This document shows positions 1-10,235 of a stretch of DNA of 64,000 bases, in pieces. The stretch spans positions 1-64,000 of the IMG/VR virus record IMGVR_UViG_3300026413_000011; one strand, written 5' to 3'. A program made the translations under genes and the position numbers. The notes under the pieces were generated by a model. It was given only the letters and a program-made list of their open reading frames with translations. It had not been told where the DNA came from and did not search any database. Origin of the DNA: an uncultured virus (IMG/VR IMGVR_UViG_3300026413_000011). Its lineage: Duplodnaviria > Heunggongvirae > Uroviricota > Caudoviricetes. The stretch's first letter is position 1. Each line of letters begins with the position of its first letter.

Positions 1-20
1 ATCCAGATTCCCAATCCCAG

Positions 21-1358
21 ATGGCAGATCCTGGTCAGACCGTAACAGTAGAAGACATGAAGCGTTGGCACACATTGATGCCAGGTTTGTTTACTCCGAA
101 TGGGGGTGTTGACGTAATGGCTCTAGCGGGTCGTGCTCAACGTAAAGCTGACGAAGCTCGTAAGGCTTGGGAAGCTATGGCTGAGAAAGCACGGAACATT
201 CAAGAACTCCGTGCAGGTATGAACACGGAGCTATCGAAGTATTACAAAGACCCGACACCAAACATGTCGACTCGTGAATACTTCCTTAAATACCTGGAAG
301 CTGACCCAGTAGGGGAATCAGCAGTCATCGACTCTGAGAAGTTTAGTGAATGGGGTGATCTGTCGAAGGTCTACAACTTCATTACGGGTGCACAACGAGA
401 TGGCATGCAGTTCGTCACATTGCGTGCAGACTTTAACGGAGAACAATCGGAATCCTTTACATCGTCCACTACGTCGGTAGGTGTTGCTCAAACACTGAAC
501 ACGAAAGTAACGGAAGGTCGTGCAGCTCAGTTCAACTTCATGCAAGGTAACGTCACAGATCTTATCGGTGGTGCATTCCAAGCGGTATCGAGTTTTGTAG
601 GTGGTGCACTCGACATGGTGAACATGTCAGGTCTTGCAACACTGGCAGGCTCTGCATTCGTTGACGTACCGGAATACTGGGAATCCTCAATGGCTTCTCT
701 GCCAACGGCATCTTACACGATTCCTCTCGTGTGTGCTCATGGTAACAAGATGTCGAGGTTCTTGAACATCTATCTACCGCTGGCTATGATCCTGCCAATG
801 GCGCTACCGCGTTCAGCTGGTCGCTCTGCATACACTGCTCCATTTATCTGTCAGTTGTTCCACCAAGGTCGTAACCAAAAGCAACTCGCGATTATCGATT
901 CGTTGACAATCCGTCGAGGTACTGGTCACGTAGGTTGGAACGCAGATAACGAAATGTTAAACTGTGAAGTTCAGATCTCCGTGAAAGACTTGTCGAAGAT
1001 CATGCACATTCCATTGAAAGCTGGCTTTGCTTCGGCATCGTGGTTGGGTACAGCTGTTCGTGGTGCAGCTGCTACGGCTGCTGAGATGGTTGGTGAATCT
1101 ACACTGAATACGGTTACTGCTTTAACCAACGGTGCAGTGTGGGATGAACAATCGTTGTTCAACGATTACACCGCTACGTTGACTTCTCAATCCTGGGCAG
1201 ATTTCTATTACGCTGGCAAACGACTGAACCTGAACATTGCTAAACAAGTTCAAGCATTCCAATCCTGGCGTAGTCCGTCTAACTTCATGTCATGGGTATT
1301 GGATGGTGATGTTGCTCGAACTATCGCTGCATTCGCGGCTTCTACTGATCGGTTCTAA
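21..1358 (+). CDS. Probable virion structural protein (5'-truncated by the window edge; frame is open upstream of 21)
   Basis: Long ORF; no catalytic motifs; structural role inferred from its position in a phiKZ-like gene order. Confidence 0.5.
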   Translation: MADPGQTVTVEDMKRWHTLMPGLFTPNGGVDVMALAGRAQRKADEARKAWEAMAEKARNIQELRAGMNTELSKYYKDPTPNMSTREYFLKYLEADPVGESAVIDSEKFSEWGDLSKVYNFITGAQRDGMQFVTLRADFNGEQSESFTSSTTSVGVAQTLNTKVTEGRAAQFNFMQGNVTDLIGGAFQAVSSFVGGALDMVNMSGLATLAGSAFVDVPEYWESSMASLPTASYTIPLVCAHGNKMSRFLNIYLPLAMILPMALPRSAGRSAYTAPFICQLFHQGRNQKQLAIIDSLTIRRGTGHVGWNADNEMLNCEVQISVKDLSKIMHIPLKAGFASASWLGTAVRGAAATAAEMVGESTLNTVTALTNGAVWDEQSLFNDYTATLTSQSWADFYYAGKRLNLNIAKQVQAFQSWRSPSNFMSWVLDGDVARTIAAFAASTDRF

Positions 1359-1436
1359 TGGAAAAGAATACTCGCGGTAGTGATCTAATGTAGACACTAT
1401 CGTGTCCTTCCCAAAAACCTCAAGTGGAATTCTGCA

Positions 1437-1874
1437 ATGTCTAAACTGTCCTTCCTGCAAAACCTCGGTCTGAAACTGCTGGGCACCGATGCTCTGGCTG
1501 CTATCAAAGGTGAAGTCGTTGACCTGACCCGTAAAACCGTTGAAGATGAACACGCCACCGCACTACGTGAACAACCACTGAGTCTTATGGTTGGCGCTAG
1601 CCGCCTGGAAACTTTCTTCCATGACACCCTGCGCGCCCGTGCCCGTGCTGGCTCTAACCAAGTAACGTCTGCCCTGCTCCTCAGCCTGGTCGGTGATAAC
1701 TACCAGGTTGCCTACTCCATCACAGAAGCTGCCCGTGTAGCTGAAGAATCCGGTGAAGGCTTCATGAAGAAGAAGGCTGCAGTTCTGCGCGCTATCCGCG
1801 AGAAAGAACTGGGCTTGAGCAAGTCCCAAGAACAACTGGTTATCGAACTGGCAGTTCAACTGATCCGCGATTAA
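1437..1874 (+). CDS. Hypothetical protein
   Basis: 145-aa ORF with strongly biased codons, followed by a terminator. Confidence 0.8.
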   Translation: MSKLSFLQNLGLKLLGTDALAAIKGEVVDLTRKTVEDEHATALREQPLSLMVGASRLETFFHDTLRARARAGSNQVTSALLLSLVGDNYQVAYSITEAARVAEESGEGFMKKKAAVLRAIREKELGLSKSQEQLVIELAVQLIRD

Positions 1875-1881
1875 TCTTATC

Positions 1882-1906
1882 GGCTATCCTTCGGGATAGC
1901 CTTTAT
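1882..1906 (+). terminator. Hairpin terminator
   Basis: GGCTATCC-TTCG-GGATAGCC then TTTATG. Confidence 0.8.
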
Positions 1907-1928
1907 GATGTGTTAAGGAGATCACCAC

Positions 1929-2207
1929 ATGAACCGATCATTATCTAGATGGCTAGCATCAAACGAACAAGTACATTACACCGAAGAAGAGAAAGATCAA
2001 CTCGTAAACAAACCGTTAGATCCACAGGGGGCTACGATTTGGGAAGACAACGAACCAGTCGCTAAAGGCGGTATGCGTACTTTGATTTCTACTGCGGATC
2101 TACCAAAGGATCCAAAGGAAGGAGAAGGTTACCAAGTACGGGATGTTTACTGGGTTTGGACTAACGGACGTTGGATGTCACTGCAAGGACTTTACGGACA
2201 TACGTGA
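1929..2207 (+). CDS. Hypothetical protein
   Basis: AAGGAG SD; C-terminal LPxxPxxG...WVWxNGxW motif typical of small phage beta domains. Confidence 0.75.
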   Translation: MNRSLSRWLASNEQVHYTEEEKDQLVNKPLDPQGATIWEDNEPVAKGGMRTLISTADLPKDPKEGEGYQVRDVYWVWTNGRWMSLQGLYGHT

Positions 2208-2230
2208 GTTCCCTTCGGGGAACTCTTATG
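2206..2230 (+). terminator. Hairpin terminator
   Basis: GAGTTCCC-TTCG-GGGAACTC then TTATG. Confidence 0.8.
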
Positions 2231-2253
2231 ATGTTTTAATAAAATCTCAGATC

Positions 2254-2268
2254 TATATTACTACATTG
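2254..2268 (+). promoter_or_regulatory. phiKZ-type early promoter
   Basis: TATATTAC-N5-TG, intergenic, just after a terminator. Confidence 0.8.
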
Positions 2269-2294
2269 ATATTAACTAGCATGGTCAGATACAG

Positions 2295-3155
2295 ATGCAA
2301 TCTAATTTTAATGTAATGAACGTTATCGAAGCCTTCCAACTTTTGCGTGCTAAACGTGCCGTGAACTATGAAGGTTATAACTTCAAATACGATACGTATT
2401 TCGATGGTCATGCCACGTTGCACCACATGGTCTGTATGGACGTGGAAACCAACAAAGGCATCTGGCACATCTGGGGTATGGAAGGTCGTAACTGGACTCC
2501 AGATGATCTCCGTCGTTCCAATATGAATCGCATGTTCTCGATTACCGAGATGTGCAGCTATGGTGACTTCGTGTTCTATGACCCGATGGGTCTAATTCAT
2601 TTCCCAGGTGGTGCGCAGCCCGCAGGCGCTGTATTGAACAGCTATAACCAGGGTCGTGGACTGGTTCGTCAACATGTATGTGGTACACCAATTAACGTCC
2701 ATCCCGGTTGGATGAGGCCTGGGGATTCGCCATTCCATCCTGGCCCTGGTATGCCTGGGTTGTTCCAGTGGCATGATCCACAAATGATTCGTCCTGGTTT
2801 TGGTCAGCAAACCCAATACTCTTCCGGCACTGGCCAGCGTAGTTCTAACTTCGGTACAGCCGAAGGTTTGTTGCATACGCTCTTAGGTGTACAAGGTGTG
2901 GCAGACTACAACCAAGTTCGCCGGGATCTTTTCGCCAAACTCGTTGATGCCAATAGCTGGACTTTCGATATCGATGACAATAAAGATCCAGTAATGACGT
3001 TCAGTTATTCTGACAGCCACCTGGCTAAAGGTGTACAACAAGTAATTCGCAAGTTGTTGAAGAATTCGTTAGTGGATAAAGGGTATACTGTTACCCCCAC
3101 AGCAACAGCCAGCGACACTGTCCTCGAAATCTCCGTTAACCTCCGCACTATCTAA
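2295..3155 (+). CDS. Hypothetical early protein
   Basis: 286-aa ORF after an early promoter; Pro/Gly-rich linker. Confidence 0.75.
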   Translation: MQSNFNVMNVIEAFQLLRAKRAVNYEGYNFKYDTYFDGHATLHHMVCMDVETNKGIWHIWGMEGRNWTPDDLRRSNMNRMFSITEMCSYGDFVFYDPMGLIHFPGGAQPAGAVLNSYNQGRGLVRQHVCGTPINVHPGWMRPGDSPFHPGPGMPGLFQWHDPQMIRPGFGQQTQYSSGTGQRSSNFGTAEGLLHTLLGVQGVADYNQVRRDLFAKLVDANSWTFDIDDNKDPVMTFSYSDSHLAKGVQQVIRKLLKNSLVDKGYTVTPTATASDTVLEISVNLRTI

Positions 3156-3164
3156 GGAATCAAA

Positions 3165-3659
3165 ATGCAACAGTCTATTCCTGATCTGCGTATCAATCCA
3201 TCCCATAAGGAATACGACCTGGAAATCCAGGCAATTACTGATGAAAAGATCGGTAATCCACGCGATCGTATCGATCGTGCCTCGTGGTTGATTCACGTGC
3301 TGAACAACATGAACCTAACCGGTCCATTCGCAGCACGCCGTAACTACTTCAAGCAAGTCGTCAAAGAAGTCTTCGGTTGCGATTGTAAGATCCAAACTCA
3401 TGGGCTTTCACACGAACGCCGCATGTGGGTTTCTGTCGAGCTCGACGAACTGGTAATCGGTATTAACCGAGGCTATCGCGTTGGCTATGATGAACTCACC
3501 GATAAATACGCTGCACACAGTAGCCGTATCGGTATCGAACTCATCAAGCTGGAAAATGGCATCGTGTACCAAAACTCCAATCAGCTCACCGATCCAGAGT
3601 GGTTGGAAAAGATCGATAAGGTAGCTGATATTGTCGGCTATCCGTACATCGGCAAGTAG
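3165..3659 (+). CDS. Hypothetical protein
   Basis: AAGGA SD, tight operon spacing. Confidence 0.8.
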   Translation: MQQSIPDLRINPSHKEYDLEIQAITDEKIGNPRDRIDRASWLIHVLNNMNLTGPFAARRNYFKQVVKEVFGCDCKIQTHGLSHERRMWVSVELDELVIGINRGYRVGYDELTDKYAAHSSRIGIELIKLENGIVYQNSNQLTDPEWLEKIDKVADIVGYPYIGK

Positions 3660-3674
3660 AAACAAACTCAGATC

Positions 3675-3689
3675 TATATAACTGTACTG
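3675..3689 (+). promoter_or_regulatory. phiKZ-type early promoter (variant TATATAAC)
   Basis: CTCAGATC-TATATAAC-N5-TG, intergenic. Confidence 0.7.
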
Positions 3690-3715
3690 CAATCCACAAA
3701 AGGGAAATACCTGTA

Positions 3716-4138
3716 ATGTCCGATGTATCCAAGATTCAAGCTGTATCTTACGCCGAGAAGAACGACCTGCGCGCCAAGATTTCGATCAACGACGCTGGCC
3801 TGTACACGATCCCAGCTGACATTCGTCAAGTGCTGGTCCTCGATCCGCTGGGTGTTTCGGCTGAAACCTACGGTAAGATCGAGAAAGAAGACGCCAAGCT
3901 GCTGGGTGGTATGATTTATGTTGGTGGCGAACTGGCAGTCGATCACTTCAAGGCCAATCCAGATGCAGTGGAAGTTGGCTTCAACTATCAGCAAGGCAAT
4001 TCCACCAGCGTCAGCGTGCTGTTCAACCGTGATGCAAAAGACCACACCGTAGTGGCAGTTGAAACCAAACACAAGACCGCAGACGTGAAGCGTGTGCTGT
4101 CGTACCTGGGTGACCAGTTCGCAAACATCAACTCGTAA
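3716..4138 (+). CDS. Hypothetical early protein (ends in INS)
   Basis: 140-aa ORF with biased codons. Confidence 0.85.
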   Translation: MSDVSKIQAVSYAEKNDLRAKISINDAGLYTIPADIRQVLVLDPLGVSAETYGKIEKEDAKLLGGMIYVGGELAVDHFKANPDAVEVGFNYQQGNSTSVSVLFNRDAKDHTVVAVETKHKTADVKRVLSYLGDQFANINS

Positions 4139-4147
4139 GGATTCGTA

Positions 4148-4588
4148 ATGAAGTTGCCAGATATCAGTGGGATGGATCGTCAACGCGCATCTTTCCATAT
4201 TCAACATGTCCTCAAGCAAGAACAGAATATGCTTCCCGAAGGCCACGGTATCTGGTACAACCTCTACCGTTATCCTGATCTGAAGATGTCATACTCATCC
4301 ATGCCTGTGCGTTACAAGGTGGATCGACTTATACCAGTATTTGCACCTCTACCGGAAGGTCATCGTAAACCACAGCTGGATCTTGTATCGCGTTTGGTAA
4401 AGACCTGTATTGTAGCTGTACGTGTTACTGGTCCGATTGTTAACAGCTTTGTCTACCGGAACGCGCTGGCTTACAAACAGGCTAAGGATAAAGAATACCA
4501 CGACAAACTTGAGCGTGAACACCGCGCATGGCAAGCACGCGGCGGTTGGCGTCAAGAGCATCCAGAATTCAATAAACTCGATTTCTAA
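4148..4588 (+). CDS. Hypothetical protein
   Basis: AAGGA SD, operon spacing. Confidence 0.75.
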   Translation: MKLPDISGMDRQRASFHIQHVLKQEQNMLPEGHGIWYNLYRYPDLKMSYSSMPVRYKVDRLIPVFAPLPEGHRKPQLDLVSRLVKTCIVAVRVTGPIVNSFVYRNALAYKQAKDKEYHDKLEREHRAWQARGGWRQEHPEFNKLDF

Positions 4589-4598
4589 GGAACTTCCC

Positions 4599-4766
4599 AT
4601 GTTTCAAGAAGCACGTCCATTTAAGCTGTTCGTAGACAAACACGGTGCAATCATCATGAACTGTGACAACCACAGCATCGATGCAGCCGAGCGTGTAGCT
4701 AAACGCATCAGCCATGGCAACCTCGTGCAGGTTGTTGTTACCAAGCGTACAAAAGCAAGTGAGTAA
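4599..4766 (+). CDS. Small hypothetical protein
   Basis: AAGGA SD before ATG 4599; fills the gap between neighbours. Confidence 0.65.
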   Translation: MFQEARPFKLFVDKHGAIIMNCDNHSIDAAERVAKRISHGNLVQVVVTKRTKASE

Positions 4767-5235
4767 CGGTTTTCGCGAGAAGCTGTTGCTCCAACGTGAT
4801 GCTATTGAATGTTTGGCACTGGTGACTGAGGCACAGTTAAAGCGCAAACAGGCTATACTTGCTCGACGTTCTCATGGCATCACCAAGGTTCATGTAGCGC
4901 ATAAAGAACAACCGTTGTATGTGTGGGATGTTTACATCTATTCGCGTAAAGACGGGTACGAACCATTTAAGCTGCCTGGTCAGTTCCCGCTTAAACGAAT
5001 CTATGGTAACGTTTACCATGCACACTTCCATGTGCCGATTGGCGCACCTCTTGAAGTAATCGTACATTGGAATGGTGGACATGTGATGATCTCTGCACCG
5101 GGTCGTCCATGGAACATCGCTTGTCAAGTAGGAAGATGTAAAGATGGCGAAGAAAACATCACCACAGGCTTTAACGTTGACGGAAAAGGCACTCATAAAG
5201 AACCTTACACTCTTGCGCAATTACCTGCGACATGA
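4759..5235 (+). CDS. Hypothetical protein
   Basis: GTG start overlapping the upstream stop; start uncertain. Confidence 0.6.
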   Translation: MSNGFREKLLLQRDAIECLALVTEAQLKRKQAILARRSHGITKVHVAHKEQPLYVWDVYIYSRKDGYEPFKLPGQFPLKRIYGNVYHAHFHVPIGAPLEVIVHWNGGHVMISAPGRPWNIACQVGRCKDGEENITTGFNVDGKGTHKEPYTLAQLPAT

Positions 5236-5563
5236 GAGCTCCCGCACCGATGGGCGAGTGACACGCCACTTAGAAAGACATACCCATACACTGCATGTTG
5301 AAGTGTCCAAGCGTGGTTGGGTACGGGTATGCGTAGCTGGGCGTGGGTTCTACGAAACCGATCCTTATCTCCTGGATGTTCGCATCAATGGCGATAAGGT
5401 TATGATGGAAGGTACGCGTCGAGAGACCTTTTTGGGAATTACCCGTTCCCTAAAGCTGTCTCAACCTGCGGTATTGAAGTACCTGCGTAAAGCCCTCAAA
5501 CACAATTTTCCTGGTTATACCGAACCTCGAGCCGAATGGGTACCACCCGTTCGGATTAGTTAA
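5144..5563 (+). CDS. Hypothetical basic protein
   Basis: 139-aa ORF within the operon. Confidence 0.65.
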   Translation: MAKKTSPQALTLTEKALIKNLTLLRNYLRHESSRTDGRVTRHLERHTHTLHVEVSKRGWVRVCVAGRGFYETDPYLLDVRINGDKVMMEGTRRETFLGITRSLKLSQPAVLKYLRKALKHNFPGYTEPRAEWVPPVRIS

Positions 5564-5576
5564 GTAAGGAAACACA

Positions 5577-5993
5577 ATGAGTTCTTGCAAAAACCTGTCT
5601 GTTGAAAAGCTGCTGCTGAAACTGCGTCAACACCTGTGGCGTGTTACCACTGGTAGTTCTGGTAACGTCGTACGTAACGTCGCAGTACACGGTCGTGAGA
5701 TTCGTGCACAAGTTCGTAAGAGCGGTGCTATCGAACTCGAAATCAAACTGGGCTCTACTTCCCTGTACGCTTACTACAACGGACGTGATAAACTCGTCTA
5801 CAACGGTACCGATCGTTTTGGTTCGATGCTGAGTAAGTCCCGTAGCATCGAAGATGCACAAGTTCTTTACCTCCTGCGTGACAACGTCAAGCGTGCCTTC
5901 CCTGACTACAACAAGTCGGCGCTGAGCTACAAGAAGCCTGAAACCAAGAATGGTCGTCACCGCATGGTCGGTGGCGCTATGGAAAAATACTGA
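5577..5993 (+). CDS. Hypothetical basic protein
   Basis: AAGGA SD, biased codons. Confidence 0.8.
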   Translation: MSSCKNLSVEKLLLKLRQHLWRVTTGSSGNVVRNVAVHGREIRAQVRKSGAIELEIKLGSTSLYAYYNGRDKLVYNGTDRFGSMLSKSRSIEDAQVLYLLRDNVKRAFPDYNKSALSYKKPETKNGRHRMVGGAMEKY

Positions 5994-6027
5994 TTCCTAT
6001 AATGGAATAGGAACACCGCTGCAAAGC

Positions 6028-6047
6028 TTGGGTCCTTCGGGACCCAA
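6028..6047 (+). terminator. Hairpin (terminator or processing site)
   Basis: TTGGGTCC-TTCG-GGACCCAA, T-run further downstream. Confidence 0.6.
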
Positions 6048-6083
6048 TGCTCAATTCTTTTTTATTCAAGAGGCTGTAAATAG

Positions 6084-7154
6084 ATGACTCAAGATGTTCA
6101 ATTCGTCGCTCCTTTCTTTGTCCTGGAAGGTGATGAAGGTACTGGCAAAGGCACCGTAGCAAAAAAGGTAGTTCAAAAGCTGACTGCCAAAGGTATTGAA
6201 TTCGTCCATACCCGTGAACCAGGTGGTACCGAACTCGGCGAAGTTCTGCGTCAACAACTGCTGCTGAAACGCGAGCAACCACTGGAGCACGTTACACACA
6301 TCCTGCTGCACCAAGCTTACCGCAAAGAACACATCGAGAAAGTTATTCTCCCAGCACTGTACGCTGGTAAAGTTGTTCTGTGCGAGCGCTTCTTCATGTC
6401 GACTCTGGCACTGAACGTGATGCCGTACATGGAAACCAATCCTGAACTCTATCAACTGTTCATGGATACCATGCCGTACATCGGTAGCACCGTCATCGAA
6501 CCAGTCAGCGTAATCCTGGATATCGAAGACGAAGCTGTTCGTAAAGCTCGTCTGACTGACCGTGAACTGGACTTCTACGAGTCCCGTACTCCAGAAGAAC
6601 TGCAAGCAACTTCGAATGCTTACAAGATGTTCCAGAAACATCCTGCCAGCATTACCCTCGACGCTACCAAGTCTCCAGATGAACTGGCCGATCACATCGT
6701 CGAGCGTATCGAAGCTCAACTGAAACAAGCAAAAGAACAAGCCCGTGAATTCGCTGAGCAAGAAGCAAAACGTGAAGAAGCTACTGCGGCTGCTGAACAA
6801 GGGATCGAGATCCCAGAAGAGCTCCGCGAACTGGATGGTGGTGTTGCCGCTGAGCCAGTGAAAGAAGAAGCACCTTTCAACCTGGAAGAAGCTGTTGAAG
6901 GTTTCCTGGCTGAGAACCTAGTACCTGCTCTGTTCAACCATGACTCAGAACAAGTTGAACGTTACCTGCCAGTCGCACGATCCTATGTACTGTCGATCTT
7001 CAACCAGATCCAAGATCCTGGTCTGTTCCTCGGTCAGAACCGTGCACAACTGCGTACCAACATGCACAGCATCTTCCACTACGGTCACCAGATGGATCTC
7101 ATCCGTGAACGTCAAAACACCCCAGCCGAAACTGCTGAAGCTGTAGCCGAATAA
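6084..7154 (+). CDS. tmk: Thymidylate kinase with long C-terminal extension
   Basis: P-loop EGDEGTGKGT, TREPGGT and LCERF motifs of the dTMP kinase family. Confidence 0.92.
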   Translation: MTQDVQFVAPFFVLEGDEGTGKGTVAKKVVQKLTAKGIEFVHTREPGGTELGEVLRQQLLLKREQPLEHVTHILLHQAYRKEHIEKVILPALYAGKVVLCERFFMSTLALNVMPYMETNPELYQLFMDTMPYIGSTVIEPVSVILDIEDEAVRKARLTDRELDFYESRTPEELQATSNAYKMFQKHPASITLDATKSPDELADHIVERIEAQLKQAKEQAREFAEQEAKREEATAAAEQGIEIPEELRELDGGVAAEPVKEEAPFNLEEAVEGFLAENLVPALFNHDSEQVERYLPVARSYVLSIFNQIQDPGLFLGQNRAQLRTNMHSIFHYGHQMDLIRERQNTPAETAEAVAE

Positions 7155-7166
7155 CAAGGATAACCA

Positions 7167-7415
7167 ATGCAAGTCAGTAAGAAAACCATTCACGTACCTG
7201 CCACTGAACTAGGAGACCTTAACGAATTCCTCAACCGTACCTTCAGTACCAAGAAGAACAATCGTGAAACTCTAGTTACGCTGGAGAAGGTCACTAACCG
7301 GGATGTACAACTCGCCTTCGCTAAAGAAGAACGAGCTGATCGGTTTACTATTTCACAGGCTAAGTTCCGTAAGTATTACTGCTTGCTGCGCACAGTCAAA
7401 GTTGAAACAGAATAA
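7167..7415 (+). CDS. Hypothetical protein
   Basis: AAGGA SD; followed by a terminator. Confidence 0.75.
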   Translation: MQVSKKTIHVPATELGDLNEFLNRTFSTKKNNRETLVTLEKVTNRDVQLAFAKEERADRFTISQAKFRKYYCLLRTVKVETE

Positions 7416-7416
7416 T

Positions 7417-7442
7417 GGCAGCCCTTCGGGGCTGCTTTATTT
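7417..7442 (+). terminator. Hairpin terminator
   Basis: GGCAGCCC-TTCG-GGGCTGCT then TTATTT. Confidence 0.8.
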
Positions 7443-7451
7443 CGTGAGGTT

Positions 7452-7730
7452 GTGATGTCGAAACATTTGATTCTGAAACGCGATACCCATGTCGGTGGTG
7501 GCTTAACTGGCGCTGGTTATGTAATGAACCTAAGAGGACGATACGCGTCATTGTCGATGTCTTATCCACCATTGGCATCGTTCTACGATTACATGGAAGG
7601 CATTGGGTGGAAATTGTTCACTCCACCTCTCAAGACAATGAACTCACATGCTAAGGAAGTCTACTTGATGACCTTCCGGCATAAAAAGAAATCTATTGGT
7701 GTAGCTAACCCTGGGGAACTGGCATTATGA
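7452..7730 (+). CDS. Hypothetical protein
   Basis: GAGG SD; stop overlaps the next start (ATGA). Confidence 0.7.
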   Translation: MMSKHLILKRDTHVGGGLTGAGYVMNLRGRYASLSMSYPPLASFYDYMEGIGWKLFTPPLKTMNSHAKEVYLMTFRHKKKSIGVANPGELAL

Positions 7731-8131
7731 TCGTATTCAAATGTGAACGGTTGAAGACACTGGAAGAAGTTATCCTTCGTGTTAATGCAATGGGGATGGG
7801 TGCTGGTAACTTCGGTAACGGTTCTGTCGTTGACCTGACGATCGGTGATCACGGATTCGTATTCAAAGATCGGAAGAAACGTCGCATTGCCCGGTTGGCT
7901 AACGGCATGCAAACAAATACCATCGTAGTGGAACTGCAATCACTCGATGAAGACATCCCAGGTATCATCAAGATCAATGATGCTGAAGAATATTTGGAAG
8001 TAGCCAGTGCTATTACCAATTGGTTCTGTGTGGAAGACGGTAACGTTTGTGGTTGCCGTAAGAATGGTCGGATCGAGGCATTCCAAGTGATCCGTGTTGA
8101 AGGTAACACTAAACTGGTTAAGGCTGAATGA
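7727..8131 (+). CDS. Hypothetical protein
   Basis: ATGA overlaps on both sides. Confidence 0.75.
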   Translation: MIVFKCERLKTLEEVILRVNAMGMGAGNFGNGSVVDLTIGDHGFVFKDRKKRRIARLANGMQTNTIVVELQSLDEDIPGIIKINDAEEYLEVASAITNWFCVEDGNVCGCRKNGRIEAFQVIRVEGNTKLVKAE

Positions 8132-8802
8132 TGCGCGTACTCGCTCTGATTGCAATGCTGTTCATCTGCGCAGTGTCGTATGCTGCTGAACCTCTGCGTT
8201 ATGTTGGGGTTCCTGTGTTCTATTCGAAGTTCGTGCCGAAGCTTGCACATTGCACGTACAACGAAAAGGTACAATATGGTTTCTGTGGCTGGGCTAATTA
8301 TCCTGAGGAAGGAGAAGTTGGTGTAACCACTACATCAGGTGATGTAACCGAGGCATTTAACGTTCGCCTCTACGATGAAGTAGTTTGTATAGGTACAATC
8401 TGCCAAACGAACTATGGGGAATCTCGAGGGTACACCGAATCCAACGAAGTCTCGTACTGGTATATCCCAAAAGGATTTTACTTGGCTACGTTATCCGGTG
8501 AGACTACCGCGGTTAAGTACGGCAATGGCCCTAGAGCGAGTTCTTACCCCATTCGTGGCGTTAAGATCTTGCCAGAGTACAATGACGTACCTGATGGCGA
8601 ATACATCCCTGAAGAGCAAGCTGAGGGCGTTTACTACGTGCATTGCAATCCAGCTTTGGACTGCGAATACATGGGACGTGTGATGCCCTTTACTGAACTC
8701 AAGCGTTACATTTCTACAGTCATGACTGTGAATTGCGATAAGTTTTTCTGCTATAACCCTGAACAACAAATCGTCGGCATTAATCCAAAGACCCCTCTCT
8801 GA
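8128..8802 (+). CDS. Putative exported Cys-rich protein
   Basis: Signal-peptide-like N-terminus (ending SYA) and paired cysteines. Confidence 0.7.
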   Translation: MMRVLALIAMLFICAVSYAAEPLRYVGVPVFYSKFVPKLAHCTYNEKVQYGFCGWANYPEEGEVGVTTTSGDVTEAFNVRLYDEVVCIGTICQTNYGESRGYTESNEVSYWYIPKGFYLATLSGETTAVKYGNGPRASSYPIRGVKILPEYNDVPDGEYIPEEQAEGVYYVHCNPALDCEYMGRVMPFTELKRYISTVMTVNCDKFFCYNPEQQIVGINPKTPL

Positions 8803-8810
8803 GTACCACA

Positions 8811-9176
8811 ATGGAAACCTTCCTCTCGCTAGTCCCTTACTTCGAACTCTTCTTCTTGTTGTGCATCGGTCACGCTGTTGCGGATTATGCGATGCAAAAC
8901 GATTTCATTGCAACTGCTAAAAACCACACAACTGATTTGGGTCGAGTGTTCTGGAAGTGGGTACTACCATCACACGGCTTGATGCATGCTCTGCCCGTGT
9001 ACGTAGTAACAGGTTCCTTTGTGTTGGCCGTGGCTGAGTTCGTGTGTCACTCAGTAATCGATTACCTCAAGTGCGATGGAAAGATTGGCTTTAACACTGA
9101 TCAATTGCTGCACATTGGTTGTAAAGTCCTGTGGGTAGTTCTGTTGGCAATGGAACTACCTTTGTTGGCTGAATAA
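8811..9176 (+). CDS. Membrane protein, DUF3307-like
   Basis: GHAVADYAMQ...HGLMH...HSVIDYLK...DQLLH pattern within hydrophobic helices. Confidence 0.75.
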   Translation: METFLSLVPYFELFFLLCIGHAVADYAMQNDFIATAKNHTTDLGRVFWKWVLPSHGLMHALPVYVVTGSFVLAVAEFVCHSVIDYLKCDGKIGFNTDQLLHIGCKVLWVVLLAMELPLLAE

Positions 9177-9185
9177 GGAGTAAGC

Positions 9186-9488
9186 ATGAAGTTGTCTGAA
9201 GTACCGTTCCCGTTGTTGTCGACCGAAGAAAATTGGGTGACTAGATTGCACGGTAAGAAAGGAACAATCGAAAAGATTTCCGTACGTGCATATGGTCGCC
9301 AATTCGAAATGTCTTTGCACATTGTCTGGGAAGACGGCAGTACATCGAATCCGGTATTCCCTGATGAGTGCGTACACGTGACAGCGAAGGACCCTAATCC
9401 GATTTCACTGGATCCATGGGTTAATCACCAAATAAAGTTGCTCGATAAACATCGAGATAACTTCGAATCTCATCGCAGAGCGTTGTAA
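9186..9488 (+). CDS. Hypothetical protein
   Basis: AAGGAG SD. Confidence 0.75.
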   Translation: MKLSEVPFPLLSTEENWVTRLHGKKGTIEKISVRAYGRQFEMSLHIVWEDGSTSNPVFPDECVHVTAKDPNPISLDPWVNHQIKLLDKHRDNFESHRRAL

Positions 9489-9497
9489 CGATATAAT

Positions 9498-9522
9498 GGC
9501 TCTCCTTCGGGAGAGCCTTATG
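9498..9522 (+). terminator. Hairpin terminator
   Basis: GGCTCTCC-TTCG-GGAGAGCC then TTATG. Confidence 0.8.
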
Positions 9523-9556
9523 CCGTATTTTCTTTTATTTAAAACTATCAAAGCCC

Positions 9557-9571
9557 TATATAACAATCGTG
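9557..9571 (+). promoter_or_regulatory. phiKZ-type early promoter (variant TATATAAC)
   Basis: ATTTAAA...AAGCCC-TATATAAC-N5-TG. Confidence 0.7.
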
Positions 9572-9602
9572 AATACATCCCCCTGAATTTAAGGAGCTGC
9601 AC

Positions 9603-9971
9603 ATGTCGTTCATCAAAACCGGTTTCACCCTGGCTGTTGGCGTTGTGGTTGGCATCGCTATCAAAAGCATCAAGGATATGGAAAAAGATGTGGTGATGCT
9701 CAATAATGCTAAGCGGCAAGAAAAAGATATCATCGCCCTTCTGGATGGTCGCTACTATCAGAAGGTCGAGTACGCCATTGTGACCCTCACAATGGATGTA
9801 CTGCATGAAAAAGAAAACAAGCAGCAACTGTGGGAAGAAGGCATCTCGGCTGTGGTTTACGGCCAGTGCCTGGTGGAACTTAATGCATCGCATTACTCGG
9901 ATCACATCAAAGCCGAGGTAGCAAAAGAACTCGACGTGTTGTTCGAGCGGTTCAAAGAATGCCGACTGTAA
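9603..9971 (+). CDS. Hypothetical protein with N-terminal membrane anchor
   Basis: AAGGAG SD; hydrophobic N-terminus; monocistronic. Confidence 0.8.
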   Translation: MSFIKTGFTLAVGVVVGIAIKSIKDMEKDVVMLNNAKRQEKDIIALLDGRYYQKVEYAIVTLTMDVLHEKENKQQLWEEGISAVVYGQCLVELNASHYSDHIKAEVAKELDVLFERFKECRL

Positions 9972-9980
9972 CAACATAAA

Positions 9981-10000
9981 GCCAGCCCTTCGGGGCTGGC
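9981..10000. terminator. Bidirectional hairpin terminator
   Basis: GCCAGCCC-TTCG-GGGCTGGC between convergent genes. Confidence 0.75.
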
Positions 10001-10019
10001 ATTCACCTTATTTTTTTTT

Positions 10020-10235
10020 TCATTGATTGTCTAGTTCATCACGAATATCTTTAACTTCGTCTCCGACAGCAATGACTTCATCTAACAACCACTCAGTAGA
10101 ATTGTTTAGTCGTTCTTCCAGATCAGCTATTTGATCTGAGAGATTCTTTACTACGAAAGCTCCACCTATTAATGCGACAGTAGCTGCTACCATAGGTAGA
10201 TTTCTTTTAAACCATGACTCGGGTTTTGGTATCAT
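10020..10235 (-). CDS. Small membrane-anchored coiled-coil protein
   Basis: AAGGAG SD on the minus strand; TM segment plus acidic helix. Confidence 0.7.
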   Translation of the reverse strand: MIPKPESWFKRNLPMVAATVALIGGAFVVKNLSDQIADLEERLNNSTEWLLDEVIAVGDEVKDIRDELDNQ

